A stretch of DNA of 64,000 nucleotides from assembly GCA_049304095.1 (NCBI GenBank), contig JBAQNU010000022.1:2348-66347 (forward strand), in the 5' to 3' direction. Each line of letters begins with the position of its first letter. The stretch's first letter is position 1. Source of the DNA: Candidatus Moraniibacteriota bacterium. GTDB lineage: Bacteria > Patescibacteriota > Minisyncoccia > Moranbacterales > UBA2206. A model generated the notes under the pieces. That model did not search any database and had not been told where the DNA came from. It saw nothing but the letters and a program-made list of their open reading frames with translations. Both the position numbers and the translations under genes were made by a program. Below are positions 8,305 to 17,636 of the stretch, one piece after another.

Positions 8305-9375
8305 ATGAAAAATAGTATGAATAATGAAAACTTAACCAAAATTCTAGTTGAGAATAATCAACCGAGTTATCGCACAGCGCAAATTCAAAAAGCCATCTAC
8401 CAAGATGGTGTTTCTGGTTTTTTGGAAATTTCAACTATTTCCAAAGAGCTGCGAGAGCTTCTAACAAAAGAATTGAGCATTTTGTCCTTCACGGTAGAAA
8501 AAGTTTTGGTTGCCAAAGATAACTGTTCTATTAAGGCACTTTTGAAATTAGCCGATGGGGAGAAGATTGAAACGGTGTTACTTTCGTCTGGCCCTGGCAA
8601 ATGGTCAGTCTGTCTTTCCTCGCAAGTTGGTTGCGCCCTAAATTGCCAATTTTGTGCCACAGGCAAAAGCGGCTTCAGGCGAAATTTAACGGCTGAAGAA
8701 ATCACTGATCAAGTTTTGTTTTGGAGACAATACTTAAATAAAAATCAAAATGCAAATCTCAAAATGCAAAATGATAATTTAAGAAACACTATTTCTAGTA
8801 TTGTCTATATGGGGATGGGGGAGCCGTTTTTGAACTGGGAAGAGGTGAAAAAAAGTTTGCGTGATCTTTTGGATAAAAAACTATTCGCCTTTGGTTCGCG
8901 TAGTATCTCCGTTTCCACCGCCGGAATTTCTGAAGGAATTGAAAAATTTGCCGAAGCGTTTCCTCAAGTCAACCTGGCCATTTCATTGCACTTTGCCAGT
9001 GACGTTAAAAGAAATGCGTATATGCCGATTAACAAAAAATATAATCTCGCGAGCCTCAAAAAAGCTTTGCAGGATTATTCTTCCAAAACCAATCGGCAAG
9101 TTTTTATTGAATACATAATGCTTTCTGGAATTAATGATAGCGAGGAAGATGCTCATGCTCTTTCCACTTATTTGAAATCGATTGGTAAGCGCCAACTATT
9201 GCACGTAAATTTAATTGCCTATAACGAAACTGGCAGTTTATTCAAGACTTCATCTGGGAATAAAACGCATTTGTTTAGAGATTGCCTGGAGAAAGGCGGC
9301 ATGAGTGTAACAATCAGAAAAAGCCTAGGACAAGAAGTCCAGGGCGCTTGTGGACAGTTGGCGGGGGAGAAGTAG
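8305..9375 (+). CDS. rlmN: 23S rRNA (adenine2503-C2)/tRNA methyltransferase, radical SAM
   Basis: CALNCQFCATG (CxxxCxxC), MGMGEPFLNWEEV, and C-terminal GACGQL are RlmN hallmarks. Confidence 0.9.
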   Translation: MKNSMNNENLTKILVENNQPSYRTAQIQKAIYQDGVSGFLEISTISKELRELLTKELSILSFTVEKVLVAKDNCSIKALLKLADGEKIETVLLSSGPGKWSVCLSSQVGCALNCQFCATGKSGFRRNLTAEEITDQVLFWRQYLNKNQNANLKMQNDNLRNTISSIVYMGMGEPFLNWEEVKKSLRDLLDKKLFAFGSRSISVSTAGISEGIEKFAEAFPQVNLAISLHFASDVKRNAYMPINKKYNLASLKKALQDYSSKTNRQVFIEYIMLSGINDSEEDAHALSTYLKSIGKRQLLHVNLIAYNETGSLFKTSSGNKTHLFRDCLEKGGMSVTIRKSLGQEVQGACGQLAGEK

Positions 9376-9467
9376 ATTAGACTTTCTTTTTTTTGCAAAA
9401 AAATTCTCGCGCGCCTCCGAAAAGCAGATTGCCAGAGTCAAAAGCGTAAGTCATGTTATGAATAAAA

Positions 9468-10502
9468 TTAGAGGATTGGTCGAAAAAGTTTAAGCAAAGT
9501 CAAAGCAAGATAGTCACCAGTTCGCATTTTGTATTTTTTCGGTTCAAATCTGGTAGAATTTTTTTTCCAGTTTTCAAAAACCTGCTCCAATTCTTGGAGC
9601 AGTTTTTTTTCACGAAAAAAGACGCCGACTTCAGAATTGAGACTGAAAGAAAAGAGATCCATATTTTGCGAACCGATCAGACCTTCCTCCTTGTCGATTA
9701 TGAGTAATTTAGCGTGATTCATTGTTCGAGAAAGGTAAAAGTTTATCCCTAGGGTGCTCAGATCGTGCATGTAGCGATAATTAAGAAGATTGACGAAAGC
9801 ATGATCGCCTCTTTTGGGAATTAATATTTCAATTGCAACTCCGCGCCGCGTTGCGTCGTCCAGAAGTGAAATGAGCCAGCGGGGAGGAGTGAAATAGGGC
9901 GTGGCAATCTGGATATTTTTTTGGGCGTTAGAAATTTTTTTGACGTAATGCTCCTTAAGAGTGTAAATATTTCTCGTTGGCCAATGTTCCAAGAGCCAAA
10001 ATCTTAGCTTGCCGGCTAGTTTTTTTTGTCGATAGCTCAGGATTTTTTCATTTTTTCCGCCGGCCATGGCATAGGTGTAGGCGAAAGATTTCAAAATTCG
10101 CTTGACTGTCCTTCCTCGCAATTCCAGCTGAAGGTCAGACCAATTTTTGAAGCGTCGTCCAATGTTCACTCCGCCAATGAAAGCAATTTTTTCGTCCACA
10201 ATGAGCACTTTGCGATGGATGTGCCGGAGCCAATGGCTGAAAAAAATAAATTCGATGCCGGATTTGATGATTGTGCTGGCGATTTCCTCTTTCAGTTCTT
10301 TGCTCCCATAGGCATCGGCGACAATGACGACGCGGATGCCTGCGCGCGCTTTGGCTCTCAATTTTCCGATGAAATCATGGCTTTTTTTAGTGTCATCAAG
10401 AAAAATATACATCTCCAGATAGATGGATTTTTGCGCGCTTTCAATGGCGCCGATCATCGCGTCCCAAGCCGTGCGTGAAGTTGTATGCAAATGGTAGTTC
10501 AT
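9468..10502 (-). CDS. Phospholipase D-family protein (cardiolipin synthase-like, two HKD motifs)
   Basis: HRKVLIVDEKIAFIGGVNIG and HAKLLIIDKEEGLIGSQNMD are the two HxKx4D motifs. Confidence 0.8.
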   Translation of the reverse strand: MNYHLHTTSRTAWDAMIGAIESAQKSIYLEMYIFLDDTKKSHDFIGKLRAKARAGIRVVIVADAYGSKELKEEIASTIIKSGIEFIFFSHWLRHIHRKVLIVDEKIAFIGGVNIGRRFKNWSDLQLELRGRTVKRILKSFAYTYAMAGGKNEKILSYRQKKLAGKLRFWLLEHWPTRNIYTLKEHYVKKISNAQKNIQIATPYFTPPRWLISLLDDATRRGVAIEILIPKRGDHAFVNLLNYRYMHDLSTLGINFYLSRTMNHAKLLIIDKEEGLIGSQNMDLFSFSLNSEVGVFFREKKLLQELEQVFENWKKNSTRFEPKKYKMRTGDYLALTLLKLFRPIL

Positions 10503-10709
10503 TTTTCAAAAAGTCTTACGATTGGTTTTAGTTTAGCATAGGTCGAGGAAAATAAAAATCAATCCTCCTGCGCTAAAGCTTCGGCGGACGAGTTAAATTC
10601 GAGTAAATTCTCCGTGGCTTGTCACGAATAGGATCTGGGGCTTGCCCTGGGGTTCATACCTTTGATTTTTGTAAGAAATTAGAATTAGTGATATAATTAA
10701 ATTAAACCT

Positions 10710-11765
10710 ATGCAATTCAAAAACTACAACGTCTATTTTTTCTTTCTGGCCTTGGCGGGCATTTCAGTTTTGACCTATTTTGTCATTAAGCCTTTTTTGG
10801 TTTCCTTTTTAATCGCGGCAATTCTCGCGCATCTTTTTGCTCCGACCTATGAGTTCATTTTGAAATGGATCAAAAATAGAGGTGTCAGTTCTTTTTTAAC
10901 TTGTCTTTTTATTGCGCTCATCATCGTTGTGCCACTCATTTTTATTTTATCGCTGGTAGTGAAAGAAATTCAAGGTATTCTGGATGACTTTAGTCTTAAT
11001 CCAGATGAAATCAGAAAATCAATTGGCGTTTTCGGACAAAACCTAAGCAACATCCCAATTTTTAGAAATTTTGATTTGGCAAAAAATGTCAACCAAGAAT
11101 CGGTGACATTAGGCATAAAAAGCCTCTCACAGCACACGCTGGGCATTTTGCAGGGAACCTATAACGGAGTGGCGCATTTTGTTTTTGTAACTTTTGTGAT
11201 GTTTTTCTCTCTCTTCTATCTGCTGATTGATGGAAAAAAATTGATAAGGAAAATAATGCAACTTAGTCCATTGCGGGATAAATATGAAAAAATACTTATT
11301 GCTAAATTTAATTCCATAACGAGAGCCACCATCAAAGGCACCACCATCATCGCCATTATTCAAGGTCTTCTGGGTGGAATGCTATTTGCTTTCACGGGCG
11401 TTCCATCTCCAGTGCTTTTGGGAATTCTGATGACTGTTGCTTCTGTCATTCCTTCTTTTGGCTCTGGTCTCGTTTGGCTCCCCGTAGGAGCTTTGATGCT
11501 CGTGTTTGGTTATTTCACCCAAGGGTTGGTGATTCTTTTGGTCGGCGGGCTAGTCATTAGCATGGTCGATAATTTCATCCGGCCAAAACTGGTGGGGCGT
11601 GACACGCAAATGCATCCGCTTTTGATTCTTTTTTCCACGCTGGGTGGAATTGCCATTTTTGGCATCTCTGGTTTTATTGTCGGACCGGTTATTATGTCAC
11701 TTTTCGTCGCTTTTTGGGAAATCTATGCGCTGGAATTTAAGGCGCAATTGAAAGAATATAACTAA
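10710..11765 (+). CDS. AI-2E family (PerM/UPF0118) membrane transporter
   Basis: Eight predicted TM segments and a C-terminal NFIRPKLVGRD...LGGIAIFGISGFIVGPV typical of the AI-2E family. Confidence 0.8.
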   Translation: MQFKNYNVYFFFLALAGISVLTYFVIKPFLVSFLIAAILAHLFAPTYEFILKWIKNRGVSSFLTCLFIALIIVVPLIFILSLVVKEIQGILDDFSLNPDEIRKSIGVFGQNLSNIPIFRNFDLAKNVNQESVTLGIKSLSQHTLGILQGTYNGVAHFVFVTFVMFFSLFYLLIDGKKLIRKIMQLSPLRDKYEKILIAKFNSITRATIKGTTIIAIIQGLLGGMLFAFTGVPSPVLLGILMTVASVIPSFGSGLVWLPVGALMLVFGYFTQGLVILLVGGLVISMVDNFIRPKLVGRDTQMHPLLILFSTLGGIAIFGISGFIVGPVIMSLFVAFWEIYALEFKAQLKEYN

Positions 11766-11919
11766 TTATCCTAAAATGGATGATTTTATGCGCTTCCTTG
11801 CTTTTTCCTGCTAACGTGCTAGTTTAGAGGCAGGAGAAGTTTTATTAAAATCCAAATCCGATTTTTTATGGAGGTGGATTTTTTCGTTATTTAACAATAA
11901 AATAGGGAGGAAATAAAGA

Positions 11920-13251
11920 ATGTCACGAAAAAAGAAAACTACGGTCATTCTTGACACCAACGTCATTCTGCATGACAGCGATTGCATCTATAACTTTGGG
12001 GATTGCGATGTCGCAATTCCCGTAACGGTTCTGGAAGAACTCGATCAGTTCAAAAAAGGCAATGAAACATTAAACGTTCATGCCCGTGAGTTCGTCCGTA
12101 CATTGGATTCGCTGTGTGATGATCACCTATTTAACGGTGGCGTGCCGATTGGACCGGGTCTGGGAAAAATCACAGTCAAGCTGGACAGGAAATTTCACGA
12201 TGATCTGGCACTCAGCTTTTCGGAATCAAAGCTGGACCATCACGTCCTTAATATCGCTTATCATATGGCCAAGGAAAATCCAGTCTTTCAGGTCATTCTG
12301 GTTACCAAAGACGTCAACTTGCGGATAAAGGCAAAATCCATTGGCCTTGTTGCTCAGGACTATAAAAGTGACCAGATCAAGGACATCTCAACTCTTTACA
12401 CGGGAAAGCGTTTGTTCGGGAATATTCCGGATGATGTGCTAACGGCTTTGTATGAAGCGCCATTCGAACTAGACCCCTCTGAGTTGCCCCTAGAAAAAGA
12501 ACTCATAGCGAACGAATATTTTATTCTCAGAAATGGCAACAGATCTGCTTTGGCTACGTATGATGCCTTTAACCAGAAAGTCCGGCGGGTCGATAAAAAC
12601 CCAGCCTACGGCATCACGCCACGCAATGCGGAGCAAACCTTTGCCCTGGACGCTCTGACTAACAATAACATCAAGTTGGTCACACTGAGTGGAAAAGCCG
12701 GCACTGGAAAAACCCTCTTGGCGCTGGCCGCGGCCTTGCAACGCAAAAAAAATTACCGTCAGATTTTTCTGGCCAGACCGATTGTTCCGCTCAGCAACAA
12801 GGACATTGGTTTTCTCCCGGGGGATATCCAATCCAAGCTGGATCCCTACATGCAACCCTTGTTCGATAATCTGAGCGTCATCAAATCCCATTTCGGCAAA
12901 AATGAATCCTCGCGTGAGGACATCAACAAACTGCTGACCGAAAACAAACTGCTCATTTCCGCCCTGGCATACATCCGTGGGCGCAGTCTGGTGAACATCT
13001 ATTTCATTGTCGATGAGGCTCAGAATCTGACCCCTCACGAAGTCAAAACCATCATCACCCGAGCGGGTGAGAACACAAAAGTCGTTTTCACTGGGGATAT
13101 TTTCCAGATTGATCATCCCTATCTCGATACCCAGTCCAACGGACTGAGCCACTTGATAGAAAAAATGCGTGGGCAAAAACTCTATGCCCACATCAACCTG
13201 GAGAAAGGCGAACGTTCGGAATTGTCCGAGCTGGCCAGTCAGATTTTATGA
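11920..13251 (+). CDS. PhoH2-type protein: N-terminal PIN domain fused to PhoH-like ATPase
   Basis: VILDTNVILHD is a PIN acidic motif. GKAGTGKT is the Walker A, and IVDEAQNL the Walker B of the PhoH domain. Confidence 0.85.
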   Translation: MSRKKKTTVILDTNVILHDSDCIYNFGDCDVAIPVTVLEELDQFKKGNETLNVHAREFVRTLDSLCDDHLFNGGVPIGPGLGKITVKLDRKFHDDLALSFSESKLDHHVLNIAYHMAKENPVFQVILVTKDVNLRIKAKSIGLVAQDYKSDQIKDISTLYTGKRLFGNIPDDVLTALYEAPFELDPSELPLEKELIANEYFILRNGNRSALATYDAFNQKVRRVDKNPAYGITPRNAEQTFALDALTNNNIKLVTLSGKAGTGKTLLALAAALQRKKNYRQIFLARPIVPLSNKDIGFLPGDIQSKLDPYMQPLFDNLSVIKSHFGKNESSREDINKLLTENKLLISALAYIRGRSLVNIYFIVDEAQNLTPHEVKTIITRAGENTKVVFTGDIFQIDHPYLDTQSNGLSHLIEKMRGQKLYAHINLEKGERSELSELASQIL

Positions 13252-13264
13252 TTTATAAGTAGTA

Positions 13265-13300
13265 GCGGGGGAACTTAACAAAGTTTCCCCGTCTTTTTTT
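13265..13300 (+). terminator. Terminator after PhoH2 gene
   Basis: CGGGGGAAC-TTAACAAA-GTTTCCCCG hairpin followed by TCTTTTTTTG. Confidence 0.6.
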
Positions 13301-13312
13301 GTAAAGATTATT

Positions 13313-13337
13313 AAAAAAGTCGAGGACGGTCCTCGAC
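13313..13337 (-). terminator. Terminator for the minus-strand NUDIX gene
   Basis: GTCGAGGA-CGGT-CCTCGAC, a perfect 8-bp stem. A T-run follows on the minus strand (AAAAAAG on plus, 13313-13319). Confidence 0.6.
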
Positions 13338-13346
13338 TAATTGTAA

Positions 13347-13757
13347 TTATGAGAGTTCTTTTTGAAACTGCTCAACCACTCCTGTGTCTATTTTCTTGAA
13401 AGCCAAATCAATTTGCGAAATCTCTTCCAGTGGAAACCAGCGCAATGCCTGAATCGTTTTTACGCTTTTTATTTTAGGCTCTTCTTCTAGCTCAGTTTGA
13501 AAATAGAGGTGAAGCGTCGGGTCTGGTTCGGCGGTATATTTTAGACGAAAAAGTTTCGGATCAATCGCATTGACCGCAAAATCACCAAAAATTTCTTTGC
13601 CAATGGCGAGTTCTGGATTGGGCTCATCTCGAAGCGCTCCCGTTCCGCCGGGAAGCGACCATTTGCCAAGCCCTGGCTCACGATTTCTCTTCACCAACAA
13701 AATCTCACTTTTGTTTTTGCGGTGGATGATGGAGATGAGGATTAGTTTGTAGAACAT
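13347..13757 (-). CDS. NUDIX-fold hydrolase-like protein (Nudix box partly degenerate)
   Basis: GKWSLPGGTGALRDEPNPELAIGKEIFGD aligns with GxWxLPGG...E...RE..EE.G, but the REx2EE core is weak. Confidence 0.5.
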   Translation of the reverse strand: MFYKLILISIIHRKNKSEILLVKRNREPGLGKWSLPGGTGALRDEPNPELAIGKEIFGDFAVNAIDPKLFRLKYTAEPDPTLHLYFQTELEEEPKIKSVKTIQALRWFPLEEISQIDLAFKKIDTGVVEQFQKELS

Positions 13758-13778
13758 AATTGTAAGTATGATTATTTT

Positions 13779-14357
13779 TTAGCTATCCAATTCAAACCCA
13801 TGTGAATTTCCAAAGTGGATGAAGCCTTGGAAATCTAGAATAGTTTTCTCTATCGTGCAGTCTGTGAAATGCGTGCCGCCGATTGTTGCGCCAGTGAAAT
13901 CGGCTTTTTTGAGGAGGCATTTTTCAAATCCAGCCTGTTCCAGTTTAGCATTTCTAAAACTAACTCCAGTCAAATCGCAAAGAAAAAAGACACTGCCAGA
14001 CAAATCAGCCTGTTCAAATTTGCAAGAGGCGAGTGTGAATTTCTTTGCCGGCAAGTTGTTCGCTCCTTGGCGTTTTTCAAAGACACAATTTTGCATGATC
14101 GCGCCGGAGAAATCACAGTCAGTGAATTTAACGGCCAAAAAATTCAGGTTGCTTAGTTTGCTTTCCGGAAAAGCGCAACGGGAAAAACCGGTGCTTTCGC
14201 AGTTGATGGAAGATAGATCACAAGCATCAAATGTGCATTCGCTAAAAGTGGTGAATTTGAGATTGATTCCCGGGAAGGAGCAAGCCGAAAATTGACAATC
14301 AGAAAAATGCTCACCACGAACTTCCTTTTCTTCGAAGATTTTATTTTTATAATGCAT
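13779..14357 (-). CDS. Pentapeptide-repeat protein
   Basis: Repeated A(D/N)LSx pentads throughout (CDLSSINCESTGFSRCAFPESKLSNLNFLAVKFTDCDFSGA...). Confidence 0.75.
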   Translation of the reverse strand: MHYKNKIFEEKEVRGEHFSDCQFSACSFPGINLKFTTFSECTFDACDLSSINCESTGFSRCAFPESKLSNLNFLAVKFTDCDFSGAIMQNCVFEKRQGANNLPAKKFTLASCKFEQADLSGSVFFLCDLTGVSFRNAKLEQAGFEKCLLKKADFTGATIGGTHFTDCTIEKTILDFQGFIHFGNSHGFELDS

Positions 14358-14423
14358 AGGCTTTTATTATATCGTCGATTATATAATTACATAAAAACAG
14401 CCCGATTGAAAGGCTGTTGCTTG

Positions 14424-14495
14424 TTGGGGAGGAAGGATTCGGACCTTCGCGTGGGGGCTTCAAAGGCCCCTGCCTTACCACTTGGCTACTCCCCA
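14424..14495 (-). tRNA. tRNA-Gln (anticodon UUG)
   Basis: Minus-strand cloverleaf: acceptor UGGGGAG/CUCCCCA with the U1:A72 pair typical of bacterial tRNA-Gln, D-arm GCCAAGUGGUAAGGCA, anticodon stem GGGGC/GCCCC with loop CUUUGAA, T-arm GAAGG-UCCGAAU-CCUUC, discriminator A. It is close to E. coli tRNA-Gln in the D-arm. Confidence 0.85.
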
Positions 14496-15172
14496 GTATG
14501 AATTTTTAAGTTGTCTGTTATTCCTAAAATCCAACCCTTAATTTTTCTGTTTAAGTCCGTGCTCCTTCTGACATCCATTTTTATGAGTCCATTATAATTC
14601 GCGTAATTTTTTTTGTGGGTTCTTGGGTTATGTTTTTTAAAATATAGCCCATTAATTTTTTCGTTTAGAATTTTTTCCCAGAATTTTTTTGATTTTTCAC
14701 TATCTGCCGTTTTGTGAATGTAAATACCGTAAACGATATCTTTCTGATTAACGTTGCAAAATTTTTTTAACCACTTATCAAAAAGCAAAATCATTTTCGG
14801 ATCTGAATTGGAAAAAGATACTCGCTGAGAAACATTACTTTCTTTTTGTTTTGCCCCTTCCGCCCAGTATAGTAGTATTCCTGCTATCCAAAATTCCCTT
14901 AATGAAAAACTACCTATTTCGCTTGCCGCTGATGCTATTATACTAGTTTGTTTTTTTAACCTTATTTGCCTGCAAGCCTTGCAAGCTTTGATTTGAGCAG
15001 ACTTCCTTTTTAGGGTTAATCTTTGGTTTTGTTTTTTTGATAATCCTACTTCTCTTAGCCAAACCGAAAGAGTGGATTTTGCAACCGGTATTTGCCTTAG
15101 GATTTCGTTATAGGAAAATCCTTGTTTTCTCAGTTTAATAGCATTCTCTTTTTCTATTTTTTTCTCTATCAT
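14486..15172 (-). CDS. Hypothetical protein with N-terminal resolvase-type HTH
   Basis: KLRKQGFSYNEILRQIPVAKSTLSVWLREVG is an HTH. The remainder is unassigned. The last about 3 codons overlap the tRNA-Gln 5' end. Confidence 0.4.
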   Translation of the reverse strand: MIEKKIEKENAIKLRKQGFSYNEILRQIPVAKSTLSVWLREVGLSKKQNQRLTLKRKSAQIKACKACRQIRLKKQTSIIASAASEIGSFSLREFWIAGILLYWAEGAKQKESNVSQRVSFSNSDPKMILLFDKWLKKFCNVNQKDIVYGIYIHKTADSEKSKKFWEKILNEKINGLYFKKHNPRTHKKNYANYNGLIKMDVRRSTDLNRKIKGWILGITDNLKIHTGE

Positions 15173-15215
15173 AATAAAACCACAGATGTTATATCTATAT
15201 TATATAACTGTGGTT
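15173..15215 (-). terminator. Hairpin between dnaX and the HTH gene (possible dnaX terminator)
   Basis: AACCACAG...CTGTGGTT, an 8-bp stem around a 22-nt AT loop, with a T-rich stretch on the minus strand. Confidence 0.3.
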
Positions 15216-15231
15216 CGGATGTGTCAAATTG

Positions 15232-16923
15232 CTATTCATCAGCCACAATCTTCCCACCCATAATCTCCATGGCGGAATCGAGGAGGGAGGATTGCTCGTG
15301 TGGTTCCTCTTTTTTGGCTTCCTCTCTGATTTCTTCTTCTGAGCAAGAGGCTTGAATGGGCGCTAGATTTTTGTCGACCACGATTTGGATGCGAATGGGT
15401 AACTCCAGAATCTTACTAAAAACCTCCTCAATTGTCAATCTATTTTGCGGATCAGCTAATTTTTCCTTGTAGAAGTCGTATGGTGTGGCCAATGTAACGA
15501 GATTGCCCTCAGTGGTGACAATTTGGCAAGTGGAAAGCAGGGCGCAGAGCGAATGGTTGAATGGGCGGATATCGATTAGCAGGCGATTCCAATGACTTTT
15601 GAGTAGATCTTTATCGAGGGGAACAGTGGAATCAATTTTAGTTTCTTTCTGGCTTGAAACAGGTGCGTCTATTTTTTCTACTACGTTTTGGGTAATGGCT
15701 GGTTCGGCTATGCTTTGCGTTGGGCTGGTGATATTTGCCTGGTATGTAGAGATGCAAGATTTTGCGTCTCTACTAATTTTTTCTTGTACGAATTCTTGTT
15801 TTGCCACTGGCGTTGGTGCGGGAAAGGTCTGCGTTGCTTTGATGATGGCGATTTCCAGAGCGAGTTGCGGAAGGAGAAAAGAATAAATCTTGTTTTGCGC
15901 TTCCAAGAAAAGATTGATGGCATTGATAATTTGCACTAGTTCAATTTGAGTTGTCTGCGCCAAAAGTTTTTCAATTTTTTCTTGGGTCAGTTCACGCTTG
16001 AATGAGTTTTGGAAATTCTTATCCACTTTGAGGAGCATTAGTTGCCTGAAATGATTAATGAGGGCCTTTAGGAAAATTTGCAAATCATAGCCTTCGGCAA
16101 TTAGTGTGTTCACTTTCTCAATCGCCGCGGTGGTTTTTTTATTGACGATGCTATCCGCAATTTCGAGCACGAAACTTTTGTCGGCTGTGCCTAAAATTTC
16201 TTCCACCACTTTTTCTGTGATATTTTTATCTTCCAGAGAAAAAATTTGTCCAAGCAGTGATTCGGCGTCACGAAAACCACCTTCCGCGCTAAGCGCGATC
16301 ATCTCCAGAGCTTCTTTTTCGATCGTGACTTTTTCTTTTTCAGCAATGAAAGTCAATTTTTCAATGAGGTCGGGCAAGGGCAATCGCGGAAAATCAAAAC
16401 GCTGACAGCGCGAAATGATGGTTTCTGGCACTTTGTGAATTTCGGTGGTGGCGAGAATGAAGATGACATGAGCAGGCGGTTCTTCTAGGGTTTTGAGAAG
16501 CGCGTTAAAAGCGCCAGAGGAAAGCATATGCACTTCATCAATAATGTAGATTTTATACTTGAGCGAAGTTGGCGGTAGACCAATCGTTTCTCGCAGTTCA
16601 CGGATATTGTCCACGCCGGTATTGGAAGCGGCGTCAATTTCAATCACGTCCAATGTTTGCCCGTTTTGGATTATTTGACAGGCCGGGCAAGTTTCACAAG
16701 CAGTGACGAGTTGGGGTGCTTTAGTGGGATTTTCACAGTTGATAGTTTTAGCGAAAATACGGGCAAAGGTGGTTTTCCCTGTGCCACGCGGACCAGTGAA
16801 GAGATAGGAATGCGAAGTGCGATTATTGGTTATGGCATTGGAAAGCGTGCGCACAATGTGCGCTTGTCCTATGATTTCAGAGAAGTTTTTGGGTCGATAT
16901 TTGCGATAAAGTGTTTGAGACAT
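15232..16923 (-). CDS. dnaX: DNA polymerase III subunit gamma/tau
   Basis: YRPKNFSEIIGQAHIVRTLSNAI, GPRGTGKTT, and the Zn module CETCPACQ are all present. Confidence 0.9.
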   Translation of the reverse strand: MSQTLYRKYRPKNFSEIIGQAHIVRTLSNAITNNRTSHSYLFTGPRGTGKTTFARIFAKTINCENPTKAPQLVTACETCPACQIIQNGQTLDVIEIDAASNTGVDNIRELRETIGLPPTSLKYKIYIIDEVHMLSSGAFNALLKTLEEPPAHVIFILATTEIHKVPETIISRCQRFDFPRLPLPDLIEKLTFIAEKEKVTIEKEALEMIALSAEGGFRDAESLLGQIFSLEDKNITEKVVEEILGTADKSFVLEIADSIVNKKTTAAIEKVNTLIAEGYDLQIFLKALINHFRQLMLLKVDKNFQNSFKRELTQEKIEKLLAQTTQIELVQIINAINLFLEAQNKIYSFLLPQLALEIAIIKATQTFPAPTPVAKQEFVQEKISRDAKSCISTYQANITSPTQSIAEPAITQNVVEKIDAPVSSQKETKIDSTVPLDKDLLKSHWNRLLIDIRPFNHSLCALLSTCQIVTTEGNLVTLATPYDFYKEKLADPQNRLTIEEVFSKILELPIRIQIVVDKNLAPIQASCSEEEIREEAKKEEPHEQSSLLDSAMEIMGGKIVADE

Positions 16924-16962
16924 ATGATTTTCTAGGTTATATTTTCAAGCTTAACACTATTT

Positions 16963-16999
16963 TTCCAAAAAGAAAAATCCTGCCGATTTGGCAGGATTT
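16963..16999 (-). terminator. Terminator for the GtrA-like gene
   Basis: AAATCCTGCC-GATTT-GGCAGGATTT, a 10-bp stem, with a T-run on the minus strand (AAAAAGAAAAA on plus). Confidence 0.65.
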
Positions 17000-17011
17000 C
17001 TAGCGAAAAAA

Positions 17012-17455
17012 CTATCTTTTGAACACAAAAAATTTGTAGCCGATGAAATTCCAAACGAGGGAGATTCCAGTAGCAAGGAGTTTCGCGACATTGGCCCATA
17101 GTTGCGGGCTGAGACCAAAAAGGGGAGTGGTGAAGGAGGTGATTAGGTAAACCACGCCGGTGTTGATGATGATGCCAATAATACTGACTAGGAGAAATTG
17201 AGAAAACTTGACGCCTTCTTGCGAGGCACCTTTGTCTTCAAACGTCCAGCGTTTGTTCATGAAAAAACTATTGGTGGTGGCGACGGAAAAAGAAATAGTA
17301 TTGAGCACAAGCATGCCTAGACCAGATGTGATGCCAGTGAGAGCCATTTCAATGTTTAAAACCAAAAAATCAATGCCAGTGTTGATGCCACCGACAATCA
17401 CGAATTTGACGATTTGTTTTAGGATGGGAAAGCGGAGGAATAATTTTTTGAACAT
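17012..17455 (-). CDS. GtrA-family membrane protein
   Basis: 147 aa with 4 TM segments and VKFVIVGGINTGIDFLVLN typical of GtrA-like proteins. Confidence 0.7.
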   Translation of the reverse strand: MFKKLFLRFPILKQIVKFVIVGGINTGIDFLVLNIEMALTGITSGLGMLVLNTISFSVATTNSFFMNKRWTFEDKGASQEGVKFSQFLLVSIIGIIINTGVVYLITSFTTPLFGLSPQLWANVAKLLATGISLVWNFIGYKFFVFKR

Positions 17456-17476
17456 AATGTGTTGGTTAGGATTTAC

Positions 17477-17622
17477 GATTTACGCCTGAGCCAAAAACAA
17501 TCTCCCAAAGCGCGTGGCCTCCTGGAGTTTGTTTTTTGCCTTGTTTATTTTTTAAGACGATTAAAGTTTTCTTTGACTAATTTTGGCTAGGTGTGAGCTT
17601 GTTTTTGACTCAGGCGTAAATC
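17477..17622 (+). repeat. 146-nt structured repeat element, copy 1 (candidate ncRNA or hairpin element)
   Basis: Outer inverted repeat GATTTACGCCTGAGCCAAAAAC/GTTTTTGACTCAGGCGTAAATC (21/22). Internal box A CAATCTCCCAAAGCGCGTGGCCT and box B CTAATTTTGGCTAGGTGTGAGCTT are shared with copies at 24068 (inverted) and 38548. Confidence 0.7.
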
Positions 17623-17636
17623 TTTTTGCAGATAGT

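Noticed and set aside
10560-10690. GC-richer island between divergent cls and AI-2E genes examined as a possible tRNA or sRNA
   Set aside because: No cloverleaf (no paired acceptor or T-arm) and no convincing hairpin on either strand. Kept only as an ordinary divergent promoter region.
10026-13191. Antisense ORFs 10026-10478 (in cls) and 12490-13191 (in phoH2)
   Set aside because: They lie opposite well-supported conserved genes and have no recognisable motifs.
14486-15172. LAGLIDADG homing endonuclease assignment for the HTH protein next to tRNA-Gln
   Set aside because: IAGILLYWAEGAK only loosely resembles one LAGLIDADG motif and a second motif is absent. Left as an HTH hypothetical.
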